A DNA stretch of 64,000 nt from Balanoglossus misakiensis. Lineage: Eukaryota; Animalia; Hemichordata. The position numbers and the translations under genes were made by a program. Shown here one piece after another: positions 40,801 through 55,000 of this stretch; position 1 is the stretch's first letter; each line of letters begins with the position of its first letter. The notes below the pieces were generated by a model. That model was not told the origin of the DNA. It saw only the letters and a program-made list of their open reading frames with translations, and ran no database searches. Location: assembly GCA_040954595.2 (NCBI GenBank), contig CM082582.2:6509963-6573962 (forward strand), read 5' to 3'.

Positions 40801-43800
40801 GAACGGCCAGATCGTTGCGGTGCATGGAACTCTTATTTGCACCGCAGCGGTGCAAATTCTTATTTGATCATTGGAGTTATGCTGCAATATAGTGCGGAAA
40901 ATTTCCGACTTTTTCGAGTACACATCGTGATGGCGAAGGGTTCAGGAGGGCTAGCCTTTTACCTAAGGGTGTCAACTGATGTTGGTTCGAGACCACTTTT
41001 TTCTATTTCTTTTTTTGTGAGAAGTTTTAACGACATTATCATTGTAATTTTTATCATTTTCATAAATCCAATTCATTTCAATATCAACGTTGCGTTTTTT
41101 ATCTGTCGGGTATAAGAAACATGCAGGGAAACTTGGTCATTTTTTGTCGCGGTTCACTTGGGCAAGTCTGAATACGGAGTGCTCAGCAGAGAGAAAGATA
41201 AACTCGCTAAAACCGTGTCTTTCCGTCCGCATGACCAACCAAGGAGCGAAAAAGTCGTTATTTAGGCCGTTATAAAACGTTTTTGTCGCCGAGGTGTGAA
41301 TAAAGAACGGTCAGATCGTTGCGGTGCATGGAACTCTTATTTGCACCGCAGCGGAGCGAACTCTTATTTGCACCGCAGCGGTGCAAATAAGATCATTGGA
41401 GTTATGCTGCAATATAGTGCGGAAAATTTCCGACTTTTTCGAGTACACATCGTGATAGCGAAGGGTTCAGGAAGGCCAGCCTTTTACCTGAAGGTGTTAA
41501 CTGATGTTGGTTCGAGACCACTTATTTCTATTTCTTTTTTTGTGAGAACTTTTAACAACATTATCATTGCAATTTTTCTCATTTTCATAAATCCAATTCA
41601 TTTCAATATCTACGCTGCTTTTTTTATCTGTCGGGTATAATAAACATGCAGGGAAACTTGGTCATTTTTTGTCGCGGTTCACTTGGGCAAGTCTGAATAC
41701 GGAGTGCTCAGGAGAGAGAAAGATAAACTCGCTAAAACCGTGTCTTTCCATCCGCATGACCAACCAAGGGGCGAAAAAGTCGTTATTTAGGCCGTTATAA
41801 AACGTTTTTGTCGCCGAATTGTGAATAAAGTACGGCCAGATCGTTGCGGTGCATGGAACTCTTATTTGCACCGCTGCGGTGCAAATAAGAATTTGCACCG
41901 CTGCGGTGCAAATAAGATCATTGGAGTTATGCTGCAATATAGTGCGGAAAATTTCCGACTCCTCGAGTACACATCGTGATGGCGAAGGGTTCAGGAGGGC
42001 TAGCCTTTTACCTGAAGGTGTCAACTGATGTTGGTTCGAGACCACTTTTTTTCTATTTCTTTTTTGTGAGAACTTTTAACCACATTATCATTGTAATTTT
42101 TATCATTTTCATAAATCCAATTCATTTCAATATCAACGTTGCGTTTTTTATCTGTCGGGTATAAGAAACATGCAGGGAAACTTGGTCATTTTTTTGTCGC
42201 GGTTCACTTGGGCAAGTCTGAATACGGAGTGCTCAGGAGAGAGAAAGATAAACTTGCTAAAACCGTGTCTTTCCATCCGCATGACCAACCAAGGGGCGAA
42301 AAAGTCGTTATTTAGGCCGTTATAAAACGTTTTTGTCGCCGAATTGTGAATAAAGTACGGCCAGATCGTTGTGGTGCATGGAACTCTTATTTGCACCGCT
42401 GCGGTGCAAATAAGAATTTGCACCGCTGCGGTGCACCGTTGCGGTGCAAATAAGATCGTTGCAGTTATGCTGCAATATAGTGCGGAAAATTTCCGACTTT
42501 TTCGAGTACACATCGTGATAGCGAAGGGTTCAGGAAGGCCAGCCTTTTACCTGAAGGTGTCAACTGATGTTGGTTCGAGACCACTTATTTCTATTTCTTT
42601 TTTTGTGAGAACTTTTAACAACATTATCATTGCAATTTTTCTCATTTTCATAAATCCAATTCATTTCAATATCTACGCTGCTTTTTTTATCTGTCGGGTA
42701 TAATAAACATGCAGGGAAACTTGGTCATTTTTTGTCGCGGTTCACTTGGGCAAGTCTGAATACGGAGTGCTCAGGAGAGAGAAAGATAAACTCGCTAAAA
42801 CCGTGTCTTTCCATCCGCATGACCAACCAAGGGGCGAAAAAGTCGTTATTTAGGCCGTTATAAAACGTTTTTGTCGCCGAATTGTGAATAAAGTACGGCC
42901 AGATCGTTGCGGTGCATGGAACTCTTATTTGCACCGCTGCGGTGCAAATAAGAATTTGCACCGCTGCGGTGCAAATAAGATCATTGGAGTTATGCTGCAA
43001 TATAGTGCGGAAAATTTCCGACTCCTCGAGTACACATCGTGATGGCGAAGGGTTCAGGAGGGCTAGCCTTTTACCTGAAGGTGTCAACTGATGTTGGTTC
43101 GAGACCACTTTTTTTCTATTTCTTTTTTGTGAGAACTTTTAACCACATTATCATTGTAATTTTTATCATTTTCATAAATCCAATTCATTTCAATATCAAC
43201 GTTGCGTTTTTTATCTGTCGGGTATAAGAAACATGCAGGGAAACTTGGTCATTTTTTGTCGCGGTTCACTTGTGCAAGTCTGAATACGGAGTGCTCAGGA
43301 GAGAGAAAGATAAACTTGCTAAAACCGTGTCTTTCCATCCGCATGACCAACCAAGGGGCGAAAAAGTCGTTATTTAGGCCGTTATAAAACGTTTTTGTCG
43401 CCGAATTGTGAATAAAGTACGGCCAGATCGTTGCGGTGCATGGAACTCTTATTTGCACCGCTGCGGTGCAAATAAGAATTTGCACCGCTGCGGTGCAAAT
43501 AAGATCATTGGAGTTATGCTGCAATATAGTGCGGAAAATTTCCGACTCTTCGAGTACACATCGTGATGGCGAAGGGTTCAGGAGGGCCAGCCTTTTACCT
43601 GAAGGTGTCAATTGATGTTGGTTCGAGACCACTTTTTTTTATTTCTTTTTTGTGAGAACTTTTAACGACATTATCATTGTAATTTTTATCATTTTCATAA
43701 ATCCAATTCATTTTAATATCACCGTTGCGTTTTTTATCTGTCGAGTATAAGAAACATGCAGGGAAACTTGGTCATTTTTTTGTCGCGGTTCACTTGGGCA

Positions 43801-46019
43801 AGTCTGAATACGGAGTGCTCAGGAGAGAGAAAGATAAACTTGCTAAAACCGTGTCTTTCCATCCGCATGACCAACCAAGGGGCGAAAAAGTCGTTATTTA
43901 GGCCGTTATAAAACGTTTTTGTCGCCGAATTGTGAATAAAGTACGGCCAGATCGTTGTGGTGCATGGAACTCTTATTTGCACCGCTGCGGTGCAAATAAG
44001 AATTTGCACCGCTGCGGTGCACCGTTGCGGTGCAAATAAGATCGTTGCAGTTATGCTGCAATATAGTGCGGAAAATTTCCGACTTTTTCGAGTACACATC
44101 GTGATAGCGAAGGGTTCAGGAAGGCCAGCCTTTTACCTGAAGGTGTCAACTGATGTTGGTTCGAGACCACTTATTTCTATTTCTTTTTTTGTGAGAACTT
44201 TTAACAACATTATCATTGCAATTTTTCTCATTTTCATAAATCCAATTCATTTCAATATCTACGCTGCTTTTTTTATCTGTCGGGTATAATAAACATGCAG
44301 GGAAACTTGGTCATTTTTTGTCGCGGTTCACTTGGGCAAGTCTGAATACGGAGTGCTCAGGAGAGAGAAAGATAAACTCGCTAAAACCGTGTCTTTCCAT
44401 CCGCATGACCAACCAAGGGGCGAAAAAGTCGTTATTTAGGCCGTTATAAAACGTTTTTGTCGCCGAATTGTGAATAAAGTACGGCCAGATCGTTGCGGTG
44501 CATGGAACTCTTATTTGCACCGCTGCGGTGCAAATAAGAATTTGCACCGCTGCGGTGCAAATAAGATCATTGGAGTTATGCTGCAATATAGTGCGGAAAA
44601 TTTCCGACTCCTCGAGTACACATCGTGATGGCGAAGGGTTCAGGAGGGCTGGCCTTTTACCTGAAGGTGTCAACTGATGTTGGTTCGAGACCACTTTTTT
44701 TCTATTTCTTTTTTGTGAGAACTTTTAACCACATTATCATTGTAATTTTTATCATTTTCATAAATCCAATTCATTTCAATATCAACGTTGCGTTTTTTAT
44801 CTGTCGGGTATAAGAAACATGCAGGGAAACTTGGTCATTTTTTGTCGCGGTTCACTTGGGCAAGTCTGAATACGGAGTGCTCAGGAGAGAGAAAGATAAA
44901 CTTGCTAAAACCGTGTCTTTCCATCCGCATGACCAACCAAGGGGCGAAAAAGTCGTTATTTAGGCCGTTATAAAACGTTTTTGTCGCCGAATTGTGAATA
45001 AAGTACGGCCAGATCGTTGCGGTGCATGGAACTCTTATTTGCACCGCTGCGGTGCAAATAAGAATTTGCACCGCTGCGGTGCAAATAAGATCATTGGAGT
45101 TATGCTGCAATATAGTGCGGAAAATTTCCGACTCTTCGAGTACACATCGTGATGGCGAAGGGTTCAGGAGGGCCAGCCTTTTACCTGAAGGTGTCAATTG
45201 ATGTTGGTTCGAGACCACTTTTTTTTATTTCTTTTTTGTGAGAACTTTTAACGACATTATCATTGTAATTTTTATCATTTTCATAAATCCAATTCATTTT
45301 AATATCACCGTTGCGTTTTTTATCTGTCGAGTATAAGAAACATGCAGGGAAACTTGGTCATTTTTTGTCGCGGTTCACTTGGGCAAGTCTGAATACGGAG
45401 TGCTCAGGAGAGAGAAAGATAAACTCGCTAAAACCGTGTCTTTCCGTCCGCATGACCAACCAAGGGGCGAAAAAGTCGTTATTTAGGCAGTAATAAAACG
45501 TTTTTGTCGCCGAGGTGTGAATAAAGTACGGCCAGATCGTTGCGGTGCATGGAACTCTTATTTGCACCGCAGCGGTGCAAATAAGATCATTGGAGTTATG
45601 CTGCAATATAGTGCGGAAAATTTCCGACTCCTCGAGTACACATCGTGATGGCGAAGGGTTCAGGAGGGCCAGCCTTTTACCTGAAGGTGTCAACTAATGT
45701 CGGTTCGAGACCACTTTTTTTCTATTTCTTTTTTGTGAGAACTTTTAACCACATTATCATTGTAATTTTTATCATTTTCATAAATCCAATTCATTTCAAT
45801 ATCTACGCTGCTTTTTTATCTGTCGGGTATAAGAAACATGCAGGGAAACTTGGTCATTTTTTTGTCGCGGTTCACTTGGGCAAGTCTGAATACGGAGTGC
45901 TCAGGAGAGAGAAAGATAAACTCGCTAAAACCGTGTCTTTCCGTCCGCATAACCAACCAAGGAGCGAAAAAGTCGTTATTTAGGCCGTTATAAAACGTTT
46001 TTGTCGCCGAGGTGTGAAT
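37889..46019. repeat. Tandem array of about 15.5 units of ~497-566 bp
   Basis: Unit starts (tgtgagaa) at about 37889, 38388, 38924, 39448, 40014, 40511, 41015, 41541, 42064, 42603, 43128, 43650, 44190, 44713, 45237 and 45734. Confidence 0.97.
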
Positions 46020-49000
46020 CTTCATTTTTTTAAAAAAAACCATGGGTTATAGCTCATGAAAATCATCCAAAAATGACAATTTTTCGACTTTGCGAACTTT
46101 CAAAATTTCTTCATTTTTTTGCAAAAACCATGGGTTATAGCTCATGAAAATCATCCAAAAATGACAATTTTTCGACTTTGCGAACTTTCAAAATTTCTTC
46201 ATTTTTTTGAAAAAACCATGGGTTATAGCTCATGAAAATCATCCAAAAATGACAATTTTTCGACTTTGCGAACTTTCAAAATTTCTTCATTTTTTTGAAA
46301 AAAACATGGGTTATAGCTCATGAAAATCATCCAAAAATGACAATTTTTGGACATTGCGAACTTTCAAAATTTCTTCATTTTTTTAAAAAAAGCCATGGGT
46401 TATAGCTCATGAAAATCATCCAAAAATGACAATTTTTCGACTTTGCGTCATGAAAATCATCCAAAAATGACAATTTTTCGACTTTGCGAACTTTCAAAAT
46501 TTCTTCATTTTTTTGAAAAAACCATGGGTTATAGCTCATGAAAATCATCCAAAAATGACAATTTTTCGACTTTGCGAACTTTCAAAATTTCTTCATTTTT
46601 TTGAAAAAACCATGGGTTATAGCTCATGAAAATCATCCAAAAATGACAATTTTTCGACTTTGCGAACTTTCAAAATTTCTTCATTTTTTTGAAAAAACCA
46701 TGGGTTATAGCTCATGAAAATCATCCAAAAATGACAATTTTTCGACTTTGCGAACTTTCAAAATTTCTTCATTTTTTTGAAAAAACCATGGGTTATAGCT
46801 CATGAAAATCATCCAAAAATGACAATTTTTCGACTTTGCGAACTTTCAAAATTTCTTCATTTTTTTGAAAAAACCATGGGTTATAGCTCATGAAAATCAT
46901 CCAAAAATGACAATTTTTCGACTTTGCGAACTTTCAAAATTTCTTCATTTTTTTGAAAAAACCATGGGTTATAGCTCATGAAAATCATCCAAAAATGACA
47001 ATTTTTCGACTTTGCGAACTTTCAAAATTTCTTCATTTTTTTGAAAAAACCATGGGTTATAGCTCATGAAAATCATCCAAAAATGACAATTTTTCGACTT
47101 TGCGAACTTTCAAATTTTCTTCATTTTTTTGAAAAAACCATGGGTTATAGCTCATGAAAATCATCCAAAAATGACAATTTTTCGACTTTGCGAACTTTCA
47201 AAATTTCTTCATTTTTTTGAAAAAACCATGGGTTATAGCTCATGAAAATCATCCAAAAATGACAATTTTTCGACTTTGCGAACTTTCAAAATTTCTTCAT
47301 TTTTTTGAAAAAACCATGGGTTATAGCTCATGAAAATCATCCAAAAATGACAATTTTTCGACTTTGCGAACTTTCAAAATTTCTTCATTTTTTTGAAAAA
47401 ACCATGGGTTATAGCTCATGAAAATCATCCAAAAATGACAATTTTTCGACTTTGCGAACTTTCAAAATTTCTTCATTTTTTTGAAAAAACCATGGGTTAT
47501 AGCTCATGAAAATCATCCAAAAATGACAATTTTTCGACTTTGCGAACTTTCAAAATTTCTTCATTTTTTTGAAAAAAACCATGGGTTATAGCTCATGAAA
47601 ATCATCCAAAAATGACAATTTTTCGACTTCGCGAACTTTCAAAATTTCTTCATTTTTTTGAAAAAACCATGGGTTATAGCTCATGAAAATCATCCAAAAA
47701 TGACAATTTTTCGACTTTGCGAACTTTCAAAATTTCTTCATTTTTTTGAAAAAACCATGGGTTATAGCTCATGAAAATCATCCAAAAATGACAATTTTTC
47801 GACTTTGCGAACTTTCAAAATTTCTTCATTTTTTTGAAAAAACCATGGGTTATAGCTCATGAAAAACATCCAAAAATGACAATTTTTCGACTTTGCGAAC
47901 TTTCAAAATTTCTTCATTTTTTTGAAAAAAACATGGGTTATAGCTCATGAAAATCATCCAAAAATGACAACTTTTCGACTTTGCGAACTTTCAAAATTTC
48001 TTCATTTTTTTGAAAAAACCATGGGTTATAGCTCATGAAAATCATCCAAAAATGACAATTTTTCGACTTTGCGAACTTTCAAAATTTCTTCATTTTTTTG
48101 AAAAAAACATGGGTTATAGCTCGTGAAAATCATCCAAAAATGACAATTTTTCGACTTTGCGAACTTTCAAAATTTCTTCATTTTTTTGAAAAAACCATGG
48201 GTTATAGCTCATGAAAATCATCCAAAAATGACAATTTTTCGACTTTGCGAACTTTCAAAATTTCTTCATTTTTTTGAAAAAACCATGGGTTATAGCTCAT
48301 GAAAATCATCCAAAAATGACAATTTTTCGACTTTGCGAACTTTCAAAATTTCTTCATTTTTTTGAAAAAACCATGGGTTATAGCTCATGAAAATCATCCA
48401 AAAATGACAATTTTTCGACTTCGCGAACTTTCAAAATTTCTTCATTTTTTTGAAAAAACCATGGGTTATAGCTCATGAAAATCATCCAAAAATGACAATT
48501 TTTCGACTTTGCGAACTTTCAAAATTTCTTCATTTTTTTTGAAAAAACCATGGGTTATAGCTCATGAAAATCATCCAAAAATGACAATTTTTCGACTTTG
48601 CGAACTTTCAAAATTTCTTCATTTTTTTGAAAAAACCATGGGTTATAGCTCATGAAAATCATCCAAAAATGACAATTTTTCGACTTTGCGAACTTTCAAA
48701 ATTTCTTCATTTTTTTGAAAAAACCATGGGTTATAGCTCATGAAAATCATCCAAAAATGACAATTTTTCGACTTTGCGAACTTTCAAAATTTCTTCATTT
48801 TTTTGAAAAAACCATGGGTTATAGCTCATGAAAATCATCCAAAAATGACAATTTTTCGACTTCGCGAACTTTCAAAATTTCTTCATTTTTTTGAAAAAAC
48901 CATGGGTTATAGCTCATGAAAATCATCCAAAAATGACAATTTTTCGACTTTGCGAACTTTCAAAATTTCTTCATTTTTTTGAAAAAAACCATGGGTTATA

Positions 49001-52000
49001 GCTCATGAAAATCATCCAAAAATGACAATTTTTCGACTTTGCGAACTTTCAAAATTTCTTCATTTTTTTTGAAAAAACCATGGGTTATAGCTCATGAAAA
49101 TCATCCAAAAATGACAATTTTTCGACTTTGCGAACTTTCAAAATTTCTTCATTTTTTTTGAAAAAACCATGGGTTATAGCTCATGAAAATCATCCAAAAA
49201 TGACAATTTTTCGACTTTGCGAACTTTCAAAATTTCTTCATTTTTTTGAAAAAACCATGGGTTATAGCTCATGAAAATCATCCAAAAATGACAATTTTTC
49301 GACTTTGCGAACTTTCAAAATTTCTTCATTTTTTTGAAAAAACCATGGGTTATAGCTCATGAAAATCATCCAAAAATGACAATTTTTCGACTTTGCGAAC
49401 TTTCAAAATTTCTTCATTTTTTTGAAAAAACCATGGGTTATAGCTCATGAAAATCATCCAAAAATGACAATTTTTCGACTTTGCGAACTTTCAAAATTTC
49501 TTCATTTTTTTGAAAACACCATGGGTTATAGCTCATGAAAATCATCCAAAAATGACAATTTTTCGACTTTGCGAACTTTCAAAATTTCTTCATTTTTTTG
49601 AAAAAACCATGGGTTATAGCTCATGAAAATCATCCAAAAATGACAATTTTTCGACTTTGCGAACTTTCAAAATTTCTTCATTTTTTTGAAAAAACCATGG
49701 GTTATAGCTCATGAAAATCATCCAAAAATGACTATTTTTCGACTTCGCGAACTTTCAAAATTTCTTCATTTTTTTGAAAAAACCATGGGTTATAGCTCAT
49801 GAAAATCATCCAAAAATGACAATTTTTCGACTTTGCGAACTTTCAAAATTTCTTCATTTTTTTGAAAAAACCATGGGTTATAGCTCATGAAAATCATCCA
49901 AAAATGACAATTTTTCGACTTTGCGAACTTTCAAAATTTCTTCATTTTTTTGAAAAAACCATGGGTTATAGCTCATGAAAATCATCCAAAAATGACAATT
50001 TTTCGACTTTGCGAACTTTCAAAATTTCTTCATTTTTTTGAAAAAACCATGGGTTATAGCTCATGAAAATCATCCAAAAATGACAATTTTTCGACTTTGC
50101 GAACTTTCAAAATTTCTTCATTTTTTTGAAAAAACCATGGGTTATAGCTCATGAAAATCATCCAAAAATGACAATTTTTCGACTTCGCGAACTTTCAAAA
50201 TTTCTTCATTTTTTTGAAAAAACCATGGGTTATAGCTCATGAAAATCATCCAAAAATGACAATTTTTCGACTTTGCGAACTTTCAAAATTTCTTCATTTT
50301 TTTGAAAAAAACCATGGGTTATAGCTCATGAAAATCATCCAAAAATGACAATTTTTCGACTTTGCGAACTTTCAAAATTTCTTCATTTTTTTTGAAAAAA
50401 CCATGGGTTATAGCTCATGAAAATCATCCAAAAATGACAATTTTTCGACTTTGCGAACTTTCAAAATTTCTTCATTTTTTTTGAAAAAACCATGGGTTAT
50501 AGCTCATGAAAATCATCCAAAAATGACAATTTTTCGACTTTGCGAACTTTCAAAATTTCTTCATTTTTTTGAAAAAACCATGGGTTATAGCTCATGAAAA
50601 TCATCCAAAAATGACAATTTTTCGACTTTGCGAACTTTCAAAATTTCTTCATTTTTTTGAAAAAACCATGGGTTATAGCTCATGAAAATCATCCAAAAAT
50701 GACAATTTTTCGACTTTGCGAACTTTCAAAATTTCTTCATTTTTTTGAAAAAACCATGGGTTATAGCTCATGAAAATCATCCAAAAATGACAATTTTTCG
50801 ACTTTGCGAACTTTCAAAATTTCTTCATTTTTTTGAAAACACCATGGGTTATAGCTCATGAAAATCATCCAAAAATGACAATTTTTCGACTTTGCGAACT
50901 TTCAAAATTTCTTCATTTTTTTGAAAAAACCATGGGTTATAGCTCATGAAAATCATCCAAAAATGACAATTTTTCGACTTTGCGAACTTTCAAAATTTCT
51001 TCATTTTTTTGAAAAAACCATGGGTTATAGCTCATGAAAATCATCCAAAAATGACAATTTTTCGACTTTGCGAACTTTCAAAATTTCTTCATTTTTTTGA
51101 AAAAACCATGGGTTATAGCTCATGAAAATCATCCAAAAATGACAATTTTTCGACTTCGCGAACTTTCAAAATTTCTTCATTTTTTTGAAAAAAACCATGG
51201 GTTATAGCTCATGAAAATCATCCAAAAATGACAATTTTTCGACTTTGCGAACTTTCAAAATTTCTTCATTTTTTTGAAAAAACCATGGGTTATAGCTCAT
51301 GAAAATCATCCAAAAATGACAATTTTTCGACTTTGCGAACTTTCAAAATTTCTTCATTTTTTTGAAAAAACCATGGGTTATAGCTCATGAAAATCATCCA
51401 AAAATGACAATTTTTCGACTTCGCGAACTTTCAAAATTTCTTCATTTTTTTGAAAAAACCATGGGTTATAGCTCATGAAAATCATCCAAAAATGACAATT
51501 TTTCGACTTCGCGAACTTTCAAAATTTCTTCATTTTTTTGAAAAAACCATGGGTTATAGCTCATGAAAATCATCCAAAAATGACAATTTTTCGACTTTGC
51601 GAACTTTCAAAATTTCTTCATTTTTTTGAAAAAACCATGGGTTATAGCTCATGAAAATCATCTAAAAATGACAATTTTTCGACTTTGCGAACTTTCAAAA
51701 TTTCTTCATTTTTTTGAAAACACCATGGGTTATAGCTCATGAAAATCATCCAAAAATGACAATTTTTCGACTTTGCGAACTTTCAAAATTTCTTCATTTT
51801 TTTGAAAAAACCATGGGTTATAGCTCATGAAAATCATCCAAAAATGACAATTTTTCGACTTTGCGAACTTTCAAAATTTCTTCATTTTTTTGAAAAAACC
51901 ATGGGTTATAGCTCATGAAAATCATCCAAAAATGACAATTTTTCGACTTTGCGAACTTTCAAAATTTCTTCATTTTTTTGAAAAAACCATGGGTTATAGC

Positions 52001-55000
52001 TCATGAAAATCATCCAAAAATGACAATTTTTCGACTTCGCGAACTTTCAAAATTTCTTCATTTTTTTGAAAAAAACCATGGGTTATAGCTCATGAAAATC
52101 ATCCAAAAATGACAATTTTTCGACTTTGCGAACTTTCAAAATTTCTTCATTTTTTTGAAAAAACCATGGGTTATAGCTCATGAAAATCATCCAAAAATGA
52201 CAATTTTTCGACTTTGCGAACTTTCAAAATTTCTTCATTTTTTTGAAAAAACCATGGGTTATAGCTCATGAAAATCATCCAAAAATGACAATTTTTCGAC
52301 TTTGCGAACTTTCAAAATTTCTTCATTTTTTTGAAAAAACCATGGGTTATAGCTCATGAAAATCATCCAAAAATGACAATTTTTCGACTTCGCGAACTTT
52401 CAAAATTTCTTCATTTTTTTGAAAAAACCATGGGTTATAGCTCATGAAAATCATCCAAAAATGACAATTTTTCGACTTCGCGAACTTTCAAAATTTCTTC
52501 ATTTTTTTGAAAAAACCATGGGTTATAGCTCATGAAAATCATCCAAAAATGACAATTTTTCGACTTTGCGAACTTTCAAAATTTCTTCATTTTTTTGAAA
52601 AAACCATGGGTTATAGCTCATGAAAATCATCCAAAAATGACAATTTTTCGACTTTGCGAACTTTCAAAATTTCTTCATTTTTTTGAAAACACCATGGGTT
52701 ATAGCTCATGAAAATCATCCAAAAATGACAATTTTTCGACTTTGCGAACTTTCAAAATTTCTTCATTTTTTTGAAAAAACCATGGGTTATAGCTCATGAA
52801 AATCATCCAAAAATGACAATTTTTCGACTTTGCGAACTTTCAAAATTTCTTCATTTTTTTGAAAAAACCATGGGTTATAGCTCATGAAAATCATCCAAAA
52901 ATGACTATTTTTCGACTTCGCGAACTTTCAAAATTTCTTCATTTTTTTGAAAAAACCATGGGTTATAGCTCATGAAAATCATCCAAAAATGACAATTTTT
53001 CGACTTTGCGAACTTTCAAAATTTCTTCATTTTTTTGAAAAAACCATGGGTTATAGCTCATGAAAATCATCCAAAAATGACAATTTTTCGACTTTGCGAA
53101 CTTTCAAAATTTGTTCATTTTTTTTGAAAAAACCATGGGTTATAGCTCATGAAAATCATCCAAAAATGACAATTTTTCGACTTTGCGAACTTTCAAAATT
53201 TCTTCATTTTTTTGAAAAAACCATGGGTTATAGCTCATGAAAATCATCCAAAAATGACAATTTTTCGACTTTGCGAACTTTCAAAATTTCTTCATTTTTT
53301 TGAAAAAACCATGGGTTATAGCTCATGAAAATCATCCAAAAATGACAATTTTTCGACTTTGCGAACTTTCAAAATTTCTTCATTTTTTTGAAAAAACCAT
53401 GGGTTATAGCTCATGAAAATCATCCAAAAATGACAATTTTTCGACTTTGCGAACTTTCAAAATTTCTTCATTTTTTTGAAAACACCATGGGTTATAGCTC
53501 ATGAAAATCATCCAAAAATGACAATTTTTCGACTTTGCGAACTTTCAAAATTTCTTCATTTTTTTGAAAAAACCATGGGTTATAGCTCATGAAAATCATC
53601 CAAAAATGACAATTTTTCGACTTTGCGAACTTTCAAAATTTCTTCATTTTTTTGAAAAAACCATGGGTTATAGCTCATGAAAATCATCCAAAAATGACAA
53701 TTTTTCGACTTTGCGAACTTTCAAAATTTCTTCATTTTTTTGAAAAAACCATGGGTTATAGCTCATGAAAATCATCCAAAAATGACAATTTTTCGACTTC
53801 GCGAACTTTCAAAATTTCTTCATTTTTTTGAAAAAAACCATGGGTTATAGCTCATGAAAATCATCCAAAAATGACAATTTTTCGACTTTGCGAACTTTCA
53901 AAATTTCTTCATTTTTTTGAAAAAACCATGGGTTATAGCTCATGAAAATCATCCAAAAATGACAATTTTTCGACTTTGCGAACTTTCAAAATTTCTTCAT
54001 TTTTTTGAAAAAACCATGGGTTATAGCTCATGAAAATCATCCAAAAATGACAATTTTTCGACTTCGCGAACTTTCAAAATTTCTTCATTTTTTTGAAAAA
54101 ACCATGGGTTATAGCTCATGAAAATCATCCAAAAATGAAAATTTTTCGACTTCGCGAACTTTCAAAATTTCTTCATTTTTTTGAAAAAACCATGGGTTAT
54201 AGCTCATGAAAATCATCCAAAAATGACAATTTTTCGACTTTGCGAACTTTCAAAATTTCTTCATTTTTTTGAAAAAACCATGGGTTATAGCTCATGAAAA
54301 TCATCCAAAAATGACAATTTTTCGACTTTGCGAACTTTCAAAATTTCTTCATTTTTTTGAAAAAACCATGGGTTATAGCTCATGAAAATCATCCAAAAAT
54401 GACAATTTTTCGACTTTGCGAACTTTCAAAATTTCTTCATTTTTTTGAAAAAAACCATGGGTTATAGCTCATGAAAATCATCCAAAAATGACAATTTTTC
54501 GACTTTGCGAACTTTCAAAATTTCTTCATTTTTTTGAAAAAACCATGGGTTATAGCTCATGAAAATCATCCAAAAATGACAATTTTTCGACTTTGCGAAC
54601 TTTCAAAATTTCTTCATTTTTTTGAAAAAACCATGGGTTATAGCTCATGAAAATCATCCAAAAATGACAATTTTTCGACTTTGCGAACTTTCAAAATTTC
54701 TTCATTTTTTCGAAAAAAACATGGGTTATAGCTCATGAAAATCATCCAAAAATGACAATTTTTCGACTTTGCGAACTTTCAAAATTTCTTCATTTTTTTG
54801 AAAAAACCATGGGTTATAGCTCATGAAAATCATCCAAAAATGACAATTTTTCGACTTTGCGAACTTTCAAAATTTCTTCATTTTTTTGAAAAAACCATGG
54901 GTTATAGCTCATGAAAATCATCCAAAAATGACAATTTTTCGACTTTGCGAACTTTCAAAATTTCTTCATTTTTTTGAAAAAACCATGGGTTATAGCTCAT

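Noticed and set aside
37889-46019. CRISPR-like array (palindromic repeats at regular spacing)
   Set aside because: The intervening sequences are near-identical rather than unique spacers, the context is eukaryotic, and there are no cas genes.
38010-46043. Repeated 60-127-aa ORFs on both strands of the ~520-bp array
   Set aside because: Frames shift between units with homopolymer length and show no domain motifs; they are by-products of the repeat.
46081-46097. CENP-B box in the 88-mer (ttcgactttgcgaa)
   Set aside because: It lacks the required A and CGGG positions of nTTCGnnnnAnnCGGGn.
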